NCBI GenBank assembly: GCA_963756585.1 | Contig: CAVWOK010000010.1 | Coordinates: 524 to 64,523, forward strand | Source: an uncultured Solirubrobacterales bacterium | GTDB taxonomy: Bacteria; Actinomycetota; Thermoleophilia; Solirubrobacterales; Solirubrobacteraceae | Length of the DNA: 64,000 nt | Reading direction: 5' to 3' | Shown: one piece after another, positions 8,975 to 18,600 of the stretch | Layout: the number at the start of each line of letters is the position of its first letter | Position numbering within the stretch: the first letter of the stretch is position 1 | The notes under the pieces: model-generated | Seen by the model: the letters and a program-made list of their open reading frames with translations, nothing else | The model's database searches: none | Told to the model about the DNA's origin: nothing | Translations under genes and position numbers: made by a program

Positions 8975-10167
8975 GACGGCAAACCCGCGAGCAGCGTGGC
9001 TGGATCCTGCGCGAGCACTTCCATCACCGCCTGGGCTCCCCCGCCGATATCGACCGAGACGCCAAGGTCAGACAACCCCCGCCCCAGCGCTGATACCGCG
9101 ACCAGGGGATAGAGCGAGCGGCTCGCGGGACCCATGTGGCCGAGGCGAATCAGCTTCTCCTTCAGATCTCCGTAGCCGCCCGACAACATGACCCCGTAGC
9201 GCTCGCGCACGTGCCCGAGCACGTCACCTACGGTGACTCCGGCGGGAACACGCACGGCGGTCACGCAGCTGGCGGCGTAAGCCTCGTTTCGCGGCCACAG
9301 TTCGAGGCCCAGCGCCCGGATCCCGGCACGGCATGCCCGAGCGGCCCGCGCGTGAGCTGCGATCACGGCATCGAGGCCCTCGTCCAGCGCCTCCTGAAGC
9401 GCGGCGTGGACGCCGTTGAGGTCGCTGACCGATGGCGTGTAGGGAAAGGCAACGCGGCCGCCGTCGATCCAGCGATGCTTCCAGTCGAGCAGCGACAAGA
9501 AGGAGCCTCGCGGGGCGCTTGGGTTTGCCTCCATCGCCTCCCAGGCACGCGGGCTAGCAGTGATCAGCGACACTCCGGGCGGACCGGCCAGGCATTTCTG
9601 GGGACCCGCCACGGCGAGATCGACGTGCCATTCGTCGATCAGCAACCGCGCCCCACCGAGCGATGAAACCACGTCGGCGAGGACCAGCGCCCCGTGCTCG
9701 TACGCGAGCGGTCCGATCTCCGACAGCGGGTTCTCGACCCCGGACGGCGTCTCTGAGTGCACAACCGACACCAGCTCAAACGGACCCTGGGCGTCCAGCG
9801 CCTGCTTGACCACCGCGGGGTCGATCGCCTCGTCGTATGAAACCCGCACCTCGTGAACCTCGGCCCCATAATCACGCAGCCAGTCGCCGAACCAGGAGGC
9901 GTACACGCCGGAGACCAGATTAAGGCAGCGGGTTCCGGGCTTCACCAGCGCCCGGGCGGCGGCCTCCAGTCCGAGCACGGCCTCGCCCTGCATCAGCACT
10001 ACGTCGTTGGTCGTGTTATAGACCTCGGCCAGCATCCGCTCGGTGTCCCGGAAGTGCTCCAAAAAGACCGGGTCGTAATCGAACAGGATCGGCGATCCCA
10101 GGGCTGCGAGCACGCGCGGGGAGGCCATCGTCGGTCCGGCAGTGAGGGTGAAATCTGGTGGGCGCAC
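8971..10167 (-). CDS. ppaT: Pyridoxamine--pyruvate transaminase
   Basis: 'TLTAGP', 'LFDYDPVF', 'GEAVLGLEAAA', 'LNLVSGVY', 'GPQKCLAGPPG', 'FPYTPSVS' and 'RLGHMGP' match M. loti PPAT as recalled. Confidence 0.85.
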   Translation of the reverse strand: MRPPDFTLTAGPTMASPRVLAALGSPILFDYDPVFLEHFRDTERMLAEVYNTTNDVVLMQGEAVLGLEAAARALVKPGTRCLNLVSGVYASWFGDWLRDYGAEVHEVRVSYDEAIDPAVVKQALDAQGPFELVSVVHSETPSGVENPLSEIGPLAYEHGALVLADVVSSLGGARLLIDEWHVDLAVAGPQKCLAGPPGVSLITASPRAWEAMEANPSAPRGSFLSLLDWKHRWIDGGRVAFPYTPSVSDLNGVHAALQEALDEGLDAVIAAHARAARACRAGIRALGLELWPRNEAYAASCVTAVRVPAGVTVGDVLGHVRERYGVMLSGGYGDLKEKLIRLGHMGPASRSLYPLVAVSALGRGLSDLGVSVDIGGGAQAVMEVLAQDPATLLAGLPS

Positions 10168-10212
10168 GGCGGTCCTCCTAGGTGTTCGTGAGCCTCTTCG
10201 GGTCTGTGCGCA

Positions 10213-10707
10213 TCAACCGTAGGTGATGAGCTTGGGGATGCGGCCTGCGTTGTCCGGGCCACATGGGATCGCCGGGTCATCCTCGCTTGTCAAGAGCCGC
10301 TCACCCTGCAGGACCGAGCAATAGGCCTCGACGTGCGGATCGATGCCGAAATCGACGTTGCATCGAACAATCCGGACGCGCTGGAAGCGGCGACCGCTGC
10401 GCACGCAGGCCACCCACTGGTAGTTGAGATGCTGGGCGCGGAGGCGGTGGATGATGGCCGCGCGGACCACGGCCGGGCTGCCGGTGTGGAGGCCGGCGGC
10501 GCTGCCGGTGTGGACGCTGGGAGCATTGCCGGTGTGGACGCCAGTTGGGCTGCCGGTGCTGGCTCGGCCGGGCCCGGCAGGCTTTCCCGCGGCACCGCCC
10601 CCTGAGCTGGCGAGCACAATCCCGGCGGCCGCCAGACACGCGCCAACGATCAACGCCAAGGACCACCGGCGAGCCGCAGGTGCCCGGGCAGCTTGCGTAT
10701 TCATCAT
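10213..10707 (-). CDS. Hypothetical secreted/membrane protein with 8-aa HTG repeats and a 4-Cys C-terminal domain
   Basis: Hydrophobic N-terminal helix, repeats TGSPTGVH/TGNAPSVH/TGSAAGLH/TGSPAVV, and -10-like TATTAT just upstream of ATG 10707. Confidence 0.6.
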   Translation of the reverse strand: MMNTQAARAPAARRWSLALIVGACLAAAGIVLASSGGGAAGKPAGPGRASTGSPTGVHTGNAPSVHTGSAAGLHTGSPAVVRAAIIHRLRAQHLNYQWVACVRSGRRFQRVRIVRCNVDFGIDPHVEAYCSVLQGERLLTSEDDPAIPCGPDNAGRIPKLITYG

Positions 10708-10722
10708 CGCTGATAATACTCT

Positions 10723-10884
10723 TGTTGACAGTTCACAGCCGACGCTTGACCGGACCGGCGCGTGGCCCCCGAGCGCTCCGAGCGCCCAGCGCATCGTTCA
10801 TTAAGACTGGATGGAGCTTGCTTGACGTCGTCATCGAGCCAACTATATGGTCCTGTTGACAGTCCACAGCACACAGCCGACGCT
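10723..10884 (+). promoter_or_regulatory. Divergent promoter region with duplicated operator-like motif TGTTGACAGTYCACAGC
   Basis: Copies at 10723-10746 and 10854-10884. TTGACG(10822)-18 nt-TATGGT promoter lies immediately upstream of the second copy. Confidence 0.6.
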
Positions 10885-10928
10885 AGCCAGCGATGCGCTG
10901 CGTGAGTTTCCACCCAGGAGGAGTTGGG

Positions 10929-12014
10929 ATGCACATCAGCTTTAAGGGACTCGGAGCGGCCCTGGTTGGGCTTGCGCTCATGGGCGGCGTGGCGGCCTGC
11001 GGTTCTAGCAGCTCTACGAGCACGCCCGCAAGCAGCGGGGGTGCTTCGAACGCATCGAGCTCGAAGAAACTGCCCTTCAGCAGCGTGGCCATCGCGACCC
11101 CGGCGAAGACCAACGACTACGGCTGGAACGCGCAGGGCGTCAACGGCATCAAGGAGGCGGCAACACCGTACGGGCTGAACGTCAAAGTGGTCCAGGACAT
11201 CGGCTATGACAACACCACCGCGGTACTGCGTCAGCTGGCCCTGAGCCACCCCGGACTGATCGTCGCGCACGCGAGTGGCTTTGACACCAACGCCCAGCGG
11301 GTCGCGCAGCAATACCACGTGCCGATGATCACCTATGACATCCCGTCGCTGCTGTCCAAGGGAACGCTGTCGAACATCACCACGTCCAGTCAGCAGGGCG
11401 CCTACCTGGCGGGAATTCTCGCGGCGCATACAACCAAGACCAACAAGGTCGGCGTGATCATCTCCGCATCTGACACGAACTGGTACGAGATGACCGGTGG
11501 CTACGCCGCGGGCGTGCACAGCGTCAACCCGAAGATCCAGATCGTGTTCGGCCAGATCGGCCCCGCATCCTACGACGACGCGGCGGGTGGCAAGCGAGTC
11601 GCTACAAGCATGATCGCCTCCGGAGCCGACGTGATCTTCGCGATGGGCGATGACGCCTCGTTCGGCTACCTGCAGGCAATCGGCAGCGCTCACCCTGGTC
11701 ACAAGGTCTGGTACATCGGTGACATCGGCAACATGACACCGATCGACACCAACCACGTGCTGTTGTCCTCGGTGTTGTGGAACTTCGCCGGCGTCTACAA
11801 GCAGGCGCTCCAGGACATCAAGGCGGGCACGTTCGGGACGCATGGTTACAACCTGACGCTGGCAAACGGCGGGATCTCGCTGCTGCACAGCAAGTACATC
11901 CCGGCGAGCGTCTGGGCAAAGATCGTCGCCGCTCAGAAGAAGATCGAGTCGGGCGCGATCAAAGTGCCGCAAACGACCAAGGCGGCACAGGCCCAGGCGG
12001 AACTGAAGGGCTGA
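10929..12014 (+). CDS. BMP-family (nucleoside-type) ABC substrate-binding lipoprotein
   Basis: Lipobox 'VAAC', 'NDYGWNAQG', 'QQGAYLAGILAA' and 'GADVIF'. Confidence 0.9.
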   Translation: MHISFKGLGAALVGLALMGGVAACGSSSSTSTPASSGGASNASSSKKLPFSSVAIATPAKTNDYGWNAQGVNGIKEAATPYGLNVKVVQDIGYDNTTAVLRQLALSHPGLIVAHASGFDTNAQRVAQQYHVPMITYDIPSLLSKGTLSNITTSSQQGAYLAGILAAHTTKTNKVGVIISASDTNWYEMTGGYAAGVHSVNPKIQIVFGQIGPASYDDAAGGKRVATSMIASGADVIFAMGDDASFGYLQAIGSAHPGHKVWYIGDIGNMTPIDTNHVLLSSVLWNFAGVYKQALQDIKAGTFGTHGYNLTLANGGISLLHSKYIPASVWAKIVAAQKKIESGAIKVPQTTKAAQAQAELKG

Positions 12015-12059
12015 GTCACGTCGGAGTCCGCGTCGCCGCTCGCCGAGCCAGATCCGACC

Positions 12060-13658
12060 GTGCCCGCCCGGTCCGATGAGACCTCCGCGGTCGAGCTGCT
12101 CGGGATCACCAAGACATTCCCCGGCGTGGTTGCCAACGACGATGTCTCGTTGGCGCTGCGCCGAGGCGAGGTGCATTGCCTGCTGGGCGAGAACGGGGCC
12201 GGCAAATCCACGCTGATGGCGATTCTGGCGGGGATGCAACAGCCCGATGCCGGGTGCATCCGGGTCGCCGGCGACGAGGTCCGGATCTCTTCCCCCCGGG
12301 TCGCGCTGAAGCTCGGTATCGGCACGGTCTATCAGCACTCGACGCTGATCGGTGCGTTGTCGGTGATCGAGAACCTGATGCTCGGCGACAGCCGGGCCCT
12401 GCGCCTGGACGTTGCGCGAGCGCGTAAACGGCTCGAGGAGTTCGGCTCGATGCTCGGAGTCGAGATCGATCCCGACGCGCGCGCGGGGGACCTCGCGCTC
12501 GGACGTCAGCAACAGGTCGAGATCATCAAGGCCCTGTGGCGGGGCTCGCGGGTGCTGATCCTCGACGAGCCGACATCGATGCTCACCCCACAGGCCGTGG
12601 CCGAGCTCCAGAACGTGCTTCAGCGGCTCAAGCCGACCGGCCTGGCGATCGTGTTCATTACCCATAAGCTGCACGAGGCAGTAGCCCTTGGCGACCGAAT
12701 CTCCGTCCTTCGGCAGGGCCGGGTGACCGGCACCATCGATCACGAGCGTGTTCGCTCGAGTTCACCGGAGGAGCTCGAGGCCGAGATCGTGCGGCTGATG
12801 TTCGGCGAGTCCGAGGCCGTCGCCGAGCTGCCCGAGCTGCAGTTGGAGGCCGAGGGTCATAGACCCGAGACGATCTCGCGCAACGATGATCAGGTAGCGC
12901 TCGAGCTCAGCCACGCCTCCGCGCGCGGCGAAGGCGCGCAGCCCGGGATCGAGGACGTGTCGCTGACCCTGAGGCTTGGCGAGGTACTGGGTGTGGCCGG
13001 CGTCGATGGCAATGGACAGCGCGCTCTGGCCGAGGTGATCAGTGGCCAGCGGCGCCTGACGCATGGCGAGGTGCGCTTTCTCGGCGCGCCGATCGCGTCG
13101 CTCAGCGTCGCCCAGCGCGAGAAGCTCGGTCTTCGCCATGTCACCGACGATCGCCTCGGCGAGGGGATCGTCGCCGGGCTACCGGTGTCGATCAACCTCG
13201 TGCTCAAGCGAATCGGCCACAGCCCGTACTGGCGCCGCGGCACGATCCGTCGGGACGTCATCGATCGCCAGGCCGAGGCGCTGGTGGATCGCTTCGACAT
13301 CCGCACGCCCAGCGTCCACACTCGAGCCGGGACCCTGTCCGGCGGCAATGTCCAGAAGCTGCTGCTCGCCCGCGAGCTGTCCTTCGATGCCAAGGTCGTG
13401 GTGTTCCACAAGCCCACCTACGGTTTGGACCTGAAGACGACCCGCGCCGTTCGCGGCATCATCGGAGGCCTTCGTGAGCGGGGAGCCGCGCTGCTGATCT
13501 CGACTGACCTCGACGAGCTCCTCGAAGTGTCTGATCGGATCGCGGTCCTGTCCCGGGGGCGGATCGTGGGGATCGTCGACAACGGACCGGGCGCGGGCGA
13601 GCAGGTCGGCAGGCTGATGATCGGTGACGTGACGCTCGGCGTGGAGGCGGTTGTATGA
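12060..13658 (+). CDS. Sugar/nucleoside ABC transporter ATP-binding protein (two NBDs)
   Basis: GENGAGKST, LILDEPT, LSGGNVQK and 'LLISTDLDE'. Confidence 0.93.
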   Translation: MPARSDETSAVELLGITKTFPGVVANDDVSLALRRGEVHCLLGENGAGKSTLMAILAGMQQPDAGCIRVAGDEVRISSPRVALKLGIGTVYQHSTLIGALSVIENLMLGDSRALRLDVARARKRLEEFGSMLGVEIDPDARAGDLALGRQQQVEIIKALWRGSRVLILDEPTSMLTPQAVAELQNVLQRLKPTGLAIVFITHKLHEAVALGDRISVLRQGRVTGTIDHERVRSSSPEELEAEIVRLMFGESEAVAELPELQLEAEGHRPETISRNDDQVALELSHASARGEGAQPGIEDVSLTLRLGEVLGVAGVDGNGQRALAEVISGQRRLTHGEVRFLGAPIASLSVAQREKLGLRHVTDDRLGEGIVAGLPVSINLVLKRIGHSPYWRRGTIRRDVIDRQAEALVDRFDIRTPSVHTRAGTLSGGNVQKLLLARELSFDAKVVVFHKPTYGLDLKTTRAVRGIIGGLRERGAALLISTDLDELLEVSDRIAVLSRGRIVGIVDNGPGAGEQVGRLMIGDVTLGVEAVV

Positions 13659-14851
13659 CCGAACCGCTCTCGTTTCGCGCGCATCCGACCGATGTCGTCG
13701 AGGTTGCGCCGCCGCGCACTGACGAGGGTCCCGCGCCGCCGCGCTCGCGCCGCGTGGCCAAGTTCAACGAAGCGTTGATCCGCTCGATCGTGCCGGTGAT
13801 CCTGGCCCTGCTCGCAGGTGCGCTGCTCCTGGCGATCCTCGGGCGCGACCCCGTCACCTTCTACAGCGACATCTGGCAGAACGGAATCCAGCAGGGGTCC
13901 TGGGCCGACAGCGCGATGCTGGCCGCGCCGCTGCTGCTCATCGCGGTTGGCCTAATCGTCATCTTTCGCGCCAACATCTGGAACCTGGGCTACGACGGCC
14001 AGTACCTCCTGGGGGCGGTCCTGATCACCGGGCTGGCGCCCCACCTGCAGCACGAGCCTCTGGTAGTGGCGATGTTGATCCTGTTTGCCGTCTCGGTGGC
14101 CGCGGGCGCGGCCTGGACGCTCATACCCGCGCTGCTGAAGGCGCGCTATGAGACCAACGAGATCATCACCACGCTAATGATGTCGTTCATCGGGGTGGGC
14201 GTCGCGAACATCCTGGTCAAGGGGCCGTTTCAGGATCCCACGGTCAACATTCCGCAGACGCGCGTGATCCCGCTGAACCGGATGCTTCCGTCGATCCCGG
14301 GGACGAGGGTGCACGTGGGGGTGCTCGTGGCCCTGGCGGCGGCACTTATCGCCTACTACGTGTTGACCCGCACGTCCTTTGGGCTGCGCCTGCACGTGCT
14401 CGGGGCCAACCCGCGCGCTGCCGCGCACGTCGGCGTCAACGTCAAGCGCTTGATCATCAACGCGTTTCTGGTCAGCGGAGCGCTGGTCGGATGCGCGGCC
14501 GCCGTCGACATTCTGGGCGTGTGGGGCTACATGAGGGCGAACTGGAATCCCGCCTACGGGGACACCGTGATCCCGTTCGTGTTCCTGGCCCGGCTGAACC
14601 CGATCGCAGTGATCCCGTTCATCGCGTTCTTCGCGGTTCTGACGACCGGTGGCGACATCGCCGCCTCCAACGCCAACCTGCCGACCGACTTCCTGCTCGT
14701 ACTGGTGGCGCTGATCCTGCTGTTCATGACGATCATCGAATACCTCGGTCGTCAGCGGGAAATGGGTCGCAGCTATCTGACCCCGGGGCTCAGACAGGCG
14801 CTGCGTTGGCCGTTGCTCGGTCGCAAGTCAAGCCGGGAGGCGAGCGCGTGA
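13655..14851 (+). CDS. Nucleoside-type ABC permease 1
   Basis: 'IWNLGYDGQY', 'NEIITTLMM' and 'GANPRAA...G'. Confidence 0.9.
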   Translation: MTEPLSFRAHPTDVVEVAPPRTDEGPAPPRSRRVAKFNEALIRSIVPVILALLAGALLLAILGRDPVTFYSDIWQNGIQQGSWADSAMLAAPLLLIAVGLIVIFRANIWNLGYDGQYLLGAVLITGLAPHLQHEPLVVAMLILFAVSVAAGAAWTLIPALLKARYETNEIITTLMMSFIGVGVANILVKGPFQDPTVNIPQTRVIPLNRMLPSIPGTRVHVGVLVALAAALIAYYVLTRTSFGLRLHVLGANPRAAAHVGVNVKRLIINAFLVSGALVGCAAAVDILGVWGYMRANWNPAYGDTVIPFVFLARLNPIAVIPFIAFFAVLTTGGDIAASNANLPTDFLLVLVALILLFMTIIEYLGRQREMGRSYLTPGLRQALRWPLLGRKSSREASA

Positions 14852-15807
14852 TCACACTTCAATTCGCTGCGGCGAGCAACATCTTCAGCCAGGCGGTGCT
14901 GACCTCGCTGATCGCCGGCGGTCTGGTCGCGGGCGTGCCGCTGATGTTCACGGCGCTGGGCGAGACCATCTCCGAGCGCGCCGGGGTTCTCAACCTGGGG
15001 CTCGAGGGAATGATGCTCCTGGGCGCCTATATCGGCTTCATTGGCGCCTACTACGTGCATTCGGAGATGGTCGGTTTCCTGTTCGGGATCGCCGGCGGCA
15101 TGATCGGCGCCTCGCTGATGGTGATCCTGTGCGTATGGCTGGGGCTCGATCAGATCGTCGTCGGGATCGCCATTACGCTTGCCGGTGAGGGGATCACCAG
15201 CGTGCTCCAAGGCGCACAGTTCGGCACCAGCTATCCACGGCTGGGCGCGCCGTCAACCGTATCGATCCCGATCCTGGACAAGATCCCGGTGCTGGGCCCC
15301 AGCCTCTTCAATCAGTCTCTGCTGGTGTACCTGGGATTTGCCTTCGCGGGTTTCCTGGTGTGGATATTTCGGGCCACCAACCTGGGGCTGAACCTGCGCG
15401 CTGCCGGTGAGAAGCCCGAAGCGCTCGACGCCGCCGGGGTCAGTGTGCTCGCCACCCGGAGCTGGGCGGCGCTCAGCACCGGGGCCCTCGCGGGTCTGGG
15501 AGGCGCGTATCTGGCGATCGTGAGCGCAGGCGTGTTCACACCCTTCATGACCCAGGGTCAGGGCTTTATGGCAATCGTGATCGCCATGCTGGCGCGCGGC
15601 AAGCCGCTATGGGTGGTACTGGGGTCGTTCCTGTTTGGAATCTGCCTCTCGATCGCGACCGCGTTGCAGCTCGCTGGGGTGAACATTTCCACTGATCTGG
15701 TCAACATGCTTCCGTTCATCGCGATCATCGTGTCGCTGGTGGTCTTCGCCCGCAAGTCCTACCTCCCGCCGGCGCTCTGCATTCCCTACGTACGCGGAGC
15801 CAAATGA
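14848..15807 (+). CDS. Nucleoside-type ABC permease 2
   Basis: 'LGETISERAGVLNLGLEGMML', 'GEKPEALDAAGV' and 'GQGFMAI'. GTG start overlaps the upstream stop. Confidence 0.9.
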   Translation: MITLQFAAASNIFSQAVLTSLIAGGLVAGVPLMFTALGETISERAGVLNLGLEGMMLLGAYIGFIGAYYVHSEMVGFLFGIAGGMIGASLMVILCVWLGLDQIVVGIAITLAGEGITSVLQGAQFGTSYPRLGAPSTVSIPILDKIPVLGPSLFNQSLLVYLGFAFAGFLVWIFRATNLGLNLRAAGEKPEALDAAGVSVLATRSWAALSTGALAGLGGAYLAIVSAGVFTPFMTQGQGFMAIVIAMLARGKPLWVVLGSFLFGICLSIATALQLAGVNISTDLVNMLPFIAIIVSLVVFARKSYLPPALCIPYVRGAK

Positions 15808-16535
15808 GCGCAGCTCGTCCCGCCACCGACATACCGTTGGAGAACCGCACACTGCGCGAGCAGGTCGCGGATCACCTCCGCGAGGAGATCCTGGCCAGCC
15901 GCCTGGCGCCGGGGACCGAGCTCGGAGAAGTGATGCTGGCCCAGTCGCTCGGGATCAGCCGGGGGCCGCTGCGCGAGGCGCTGGGCCAGCTCGCCGCCGA
16001 AGGGCTAGTGACGATCGTTCCCCGGCGCGGCGCGGTTGTGAAGACCCTCACCCGGCAGGAGTTCCTGGACGCTTATCAGGTCCGCGAGGCGCTCGAATCT
16101 CTGGCCATCAAGCTCGCCGTCCCGCGCCTGAGCAAAAGCCAGCGCGGAGAGCTGCGCCGCATGTGCCGAGAGATGGAGGCCGAGGCGGCGGCAGGCAACA
16201 CCGAGCGGTTCTTCGAGATCAACCACGACTTCCACGCGCTGCTGGTCCAGGCGTCAGGCAACCAGAAGCTCGAAGAGATGCACGCGCAACTGATCGCTCA
16301 GATGGGGCGCCTGCTCAAAAAATCAGTCGAGCTCCGCGGCGGCGTGCAGCAGTCGGCGGCCGAGCATCGAGAGATCCTGGCCGCGGTCGACGCGGGAGAC
16401 CCCGCGGAAGCGTCTCGCTTGCTCGAGGAGCACATCGAGGTCCCCCAAAGGGTCCTGCGCGCAAGCGCAGCGGGTTCGCTGTTCGAGGCCGACGATGCAC
16501 ACCCACAAGACGAGGAGTCGCGCGCCGATGGCTGA
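15804..16535 (+). CDS. GntR (FCD) family transcriptional regulator
   Basis: 'LAQSLGISRGPLREAL' wHTH followed by FCD domain ('NHDFH...SGN', 'AEHREILAA'). Confidence 0.93.
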   Translation: MSAARPATDIPLENRTLREQVADHLREEILASRLAPGTELGEVMLAQSLGISRGPLREALGQLAAEGLVTIVPRRGAVVKTLTRQEFLDAYQVREALESLAIKLAVPRLSKSQRGELRRMCREMEAEAAAGNTERFFEINHDFHALLVQASGNQKLEEMHAQLIAQMGRLLKKSVELRGGVQQSAAEHREILAAVDAGDPAEASRLLEEHIEVPQRVLRASAAGSLFEADDAHPQDEESRADG

Positions 16536-17568
16536 GTCCAAGCCGCTCCAGTTCGGAGTCAACCTCAACAACCGGGAACCGCTTATCGCTCCGGACTATG
16601 ACCTGCAGGCACTGCTGGCGCTTTCCGAGACCGTGGAGGAGCTCGGCTTTGATTCGGTGTGGGTGGGCGACAGCCTGTTCTCCAAACCTCGCTACGAAGC
16701 GATGACGCTGCTCGCGGCGATCTCGCAGCGGACCCGGCAGGTGTCGCTGGGCACAGCCTGCCTGGTCAGCTCGACGCGCAACCCCTTGTACCTGGCGCTG
16801 GAGTGGGCGACCCTGGACACGATCTCCTCAGGTCGCACGATCCTCGGCCCTTGCATGGGTAACCCCGAGCAGGGTGTGCGGCGCGAGTTCGAGGCGCTGG
16901 GCCTGCCGTTCTCCGACCGCGCGACGGTCTTCGAGGAGGGGCTTGAGGTAATCAACGAGCTGTTCCGGACGGGCAAGACCAGCTTCAAGGGCAAGTACTA
17001 CCGCTACGACGAGGTGGCGTTTCACTCCGGTACGGAGATGGCGCCGCTGGGCCCGTTGCAGACTCCCCCGCCGATCTGGATCGTTTCCAATCCTCGGTTG
17101 GTGGGTGACAAGCCGACCGAGAAGATGCGAGCCATCATGGAGCGCGCTTGCGACAGGATCATCCGGCTCGGCGACGGCTGGATGACCTGCTGCCGGGCCG
17201 AGCATCCCGAGGAGCTCACCGAGCAGATCGGCTATCTGCGCCAGGCGGCAGACCGCCACGACCGCGAGTTCGACGACTACACGGTCGCCTACCAGGTGAC
17301 GATGAACATCGGGGAGTCAAAGGAGCAGGCGCGCGCGGACTTCGACGATTACATCTCCAAGTACTACCCCGAGCTCTCGAGGGCGATGGATCTCTCCAAC
17401 TGGGGACCGGTGGGAACTCCGGAGGACATCGCCGAGTGGCTGCGGGAGTTCCGCGAACGAGGCGTGACCCATTTCATCTGCCGCTTTGGAGCGATCGATC
17501 AGTTCGGGCAGGTGCAGCGCTTCGCACGCGAAGTGTTGCCGGCATTTCAGACCCAGGAGGTGAGCTGA
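16528..17568 (+). CDS. Luciferase-like (LLM) flavin-dependent oxidoreductase
   Basis: 'EELGFDSVWVGDSL', 'LDTISSGRTILG', 'PPIWI' and 'RLGDGW'. Confidence 0.9.
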   Translation: MAESKPLQFGVNLNNREPLIAPDYDLQALLALSETVEELGFDSVWVGDSLFSKPRYEAMTLLAAISQRTRQVSLGTACLVSSTRNPLYLALEWATLDTISSGRTILGPCMGNPEQGVRREFEALGLPFSDRATVFEEGLEVINELFRTGKTSFKGKYYRYDEVAFHSGTEMAPLGPLQTPPPIWIVSNPRLVGDKPTEKMRAIMERACDRIIRLGDGWMTCCRAEHPEELTEQIGYLRQAADRHDREFDDYTVAYQVTMNIGESKEQARADFDDYISKYYPELSRAMDLSNWGPVGTPEDIAEWLREFRERGVTHFICRFGAIDQFGQVQRFAREVLPAFQTQEVS

Positions 17569-17571
17569 AAC

Positions 17572-18600
17572 ATGAGCGTGACCGAAGCAGCGCAGACACC
17601 GACCGACGACGCGATTCGGGCAGACGCCGAGCTGGTCGTCGATGTCTGCATGTCAGTCGAGGCCGACGACGTGGTGACGATCATCACCGACGACGACCAC
17701 ACCGACCAGGCGCGTATGGTGGCCGACGTATGCGTCGACCGCGGTGCCTGGCCCGTGGTCATGAACAACGAGACCCAGGTCCGCCGGGGGTTGGCCGACA
17801 CGCTGTTTCCGATGGCCCCGCCTCGCAACCTGCACCAGGCGATGGTGAGCTCGGACGAGATCATCATCATCACCAACCTCGAGTGGGCCAACCGCTTCGC
17901 CCACGTGTCGGCGGTCAAGGAGTCGTGCGGGGCCAACGCCAAGATCGCCTCGGTCGAGCCCGGGATGGGCTCCTGGGGGCTGACCGAAGAGGCGCTGCTG
18001 CGAGCCCAGCGGCGTGCCTGGGACGCGATGGCGGCGCTGGAGGGCGTTGAGAAGGTGCGCGTCACCTCGGCCAGGGGGACCGACTTCACCGTCACGATCA
18101 AGGACCGCCCCGCGCTCGAGGTCGCCTCGATCAAGAAGCGCGGCCAGATGATGGGGCCACTGCCGCTGTGGGCCGAGGTTGCTTTCGCGGCCGTCGAGGA
18201 CAAGACCGTGGGCAGGATGGTCGTCGACGGCGTGATGCTGGGAATCGGGCTGCCCGGCCAGGTCAAGGAGCCGATCACATGGACGATCGAGAACGGTAAA
18301 GCGGACAAGATCGAGGGCGGCGAAGAGGCGCGCCGGCTGCGCGAGGTGGTGGAAGGAGTCGAGAACTCGACCGTGATTGGCGAGTTCGCCTTCGGCGTCA
18401 GCGAGGTGGCTCCGTTCGGGACGCCGTCGGAAAAGGGCCGCGTCGGAACCGTGCACTGCGCGCTGGGCGACAACCACAACGCCTATCCAGGCGGCCAGAA
18501 CGTGTGCACACTGCACCTCGACGGGGTGGTGCTCGATGCCTCGATGCAGATCGTCGACAACGGCCGCTGGATCCTCAAGGACGGCCAATGGGTGCTGTAG
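17572..18600 (+). CDS. M29/aminopeptidase T-fold metallohydrolase
   Basis: 'VRVTSARGTDFT', 'LPLWAEV', 'IGEFAFG', 'SEKGRVGTVHCALG' and 'HLDG' give the E/E/E/H/H/D ligand pattern. Confidence 0.75.
   Translation: MSVTEAAQTPTDDAIRADAELVVDVCMSVEADDVVTIITDDDHTDQARMVADVCVDRGAWPVVMNNETQVRRGLADTLFPMAPPRNLHQAMVSSDEIIIITNLEWANRFAHVSAVKESCGANAKIASVEPGMGSWGLTEEALLRAQRRAWDAMAALEGVEKVRVTSARGTDFTVTIKDRPALEVASIKKRGQMMGPLPLWAEVAFAAVEDKTVGRMVVDGVMLGIGLPGQVKEPITWTIENGKADKIEGGEEARRLREVVEGVENSTVIGEFAFGVSEVAPFGTPSEKGRVGTVHCALGDNHNAYPGGQNVCTLHLDGVVLDASMQIVDNGRWILKDGQWVL

Noticed and set aside
10704-12743. 679-aa minus-strand ORF and similar long antisense ORFs (e.g. 25259-26602, 35736-37136, 60553-62232)
   Set aside because: These are shadow frames of well-supported genes in high-GC DNA, with no motifs.
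17572-18600. NicX-type 2,5-dihydroxypyridine dioxygenase
   Set aside because: Same fold, but it has Glu in 'IGEFAFG' where NicX, as recalled, has the Fe-binding His. The full dinuclear hydrolase ligand set is present, so a hydrolase is more likely.
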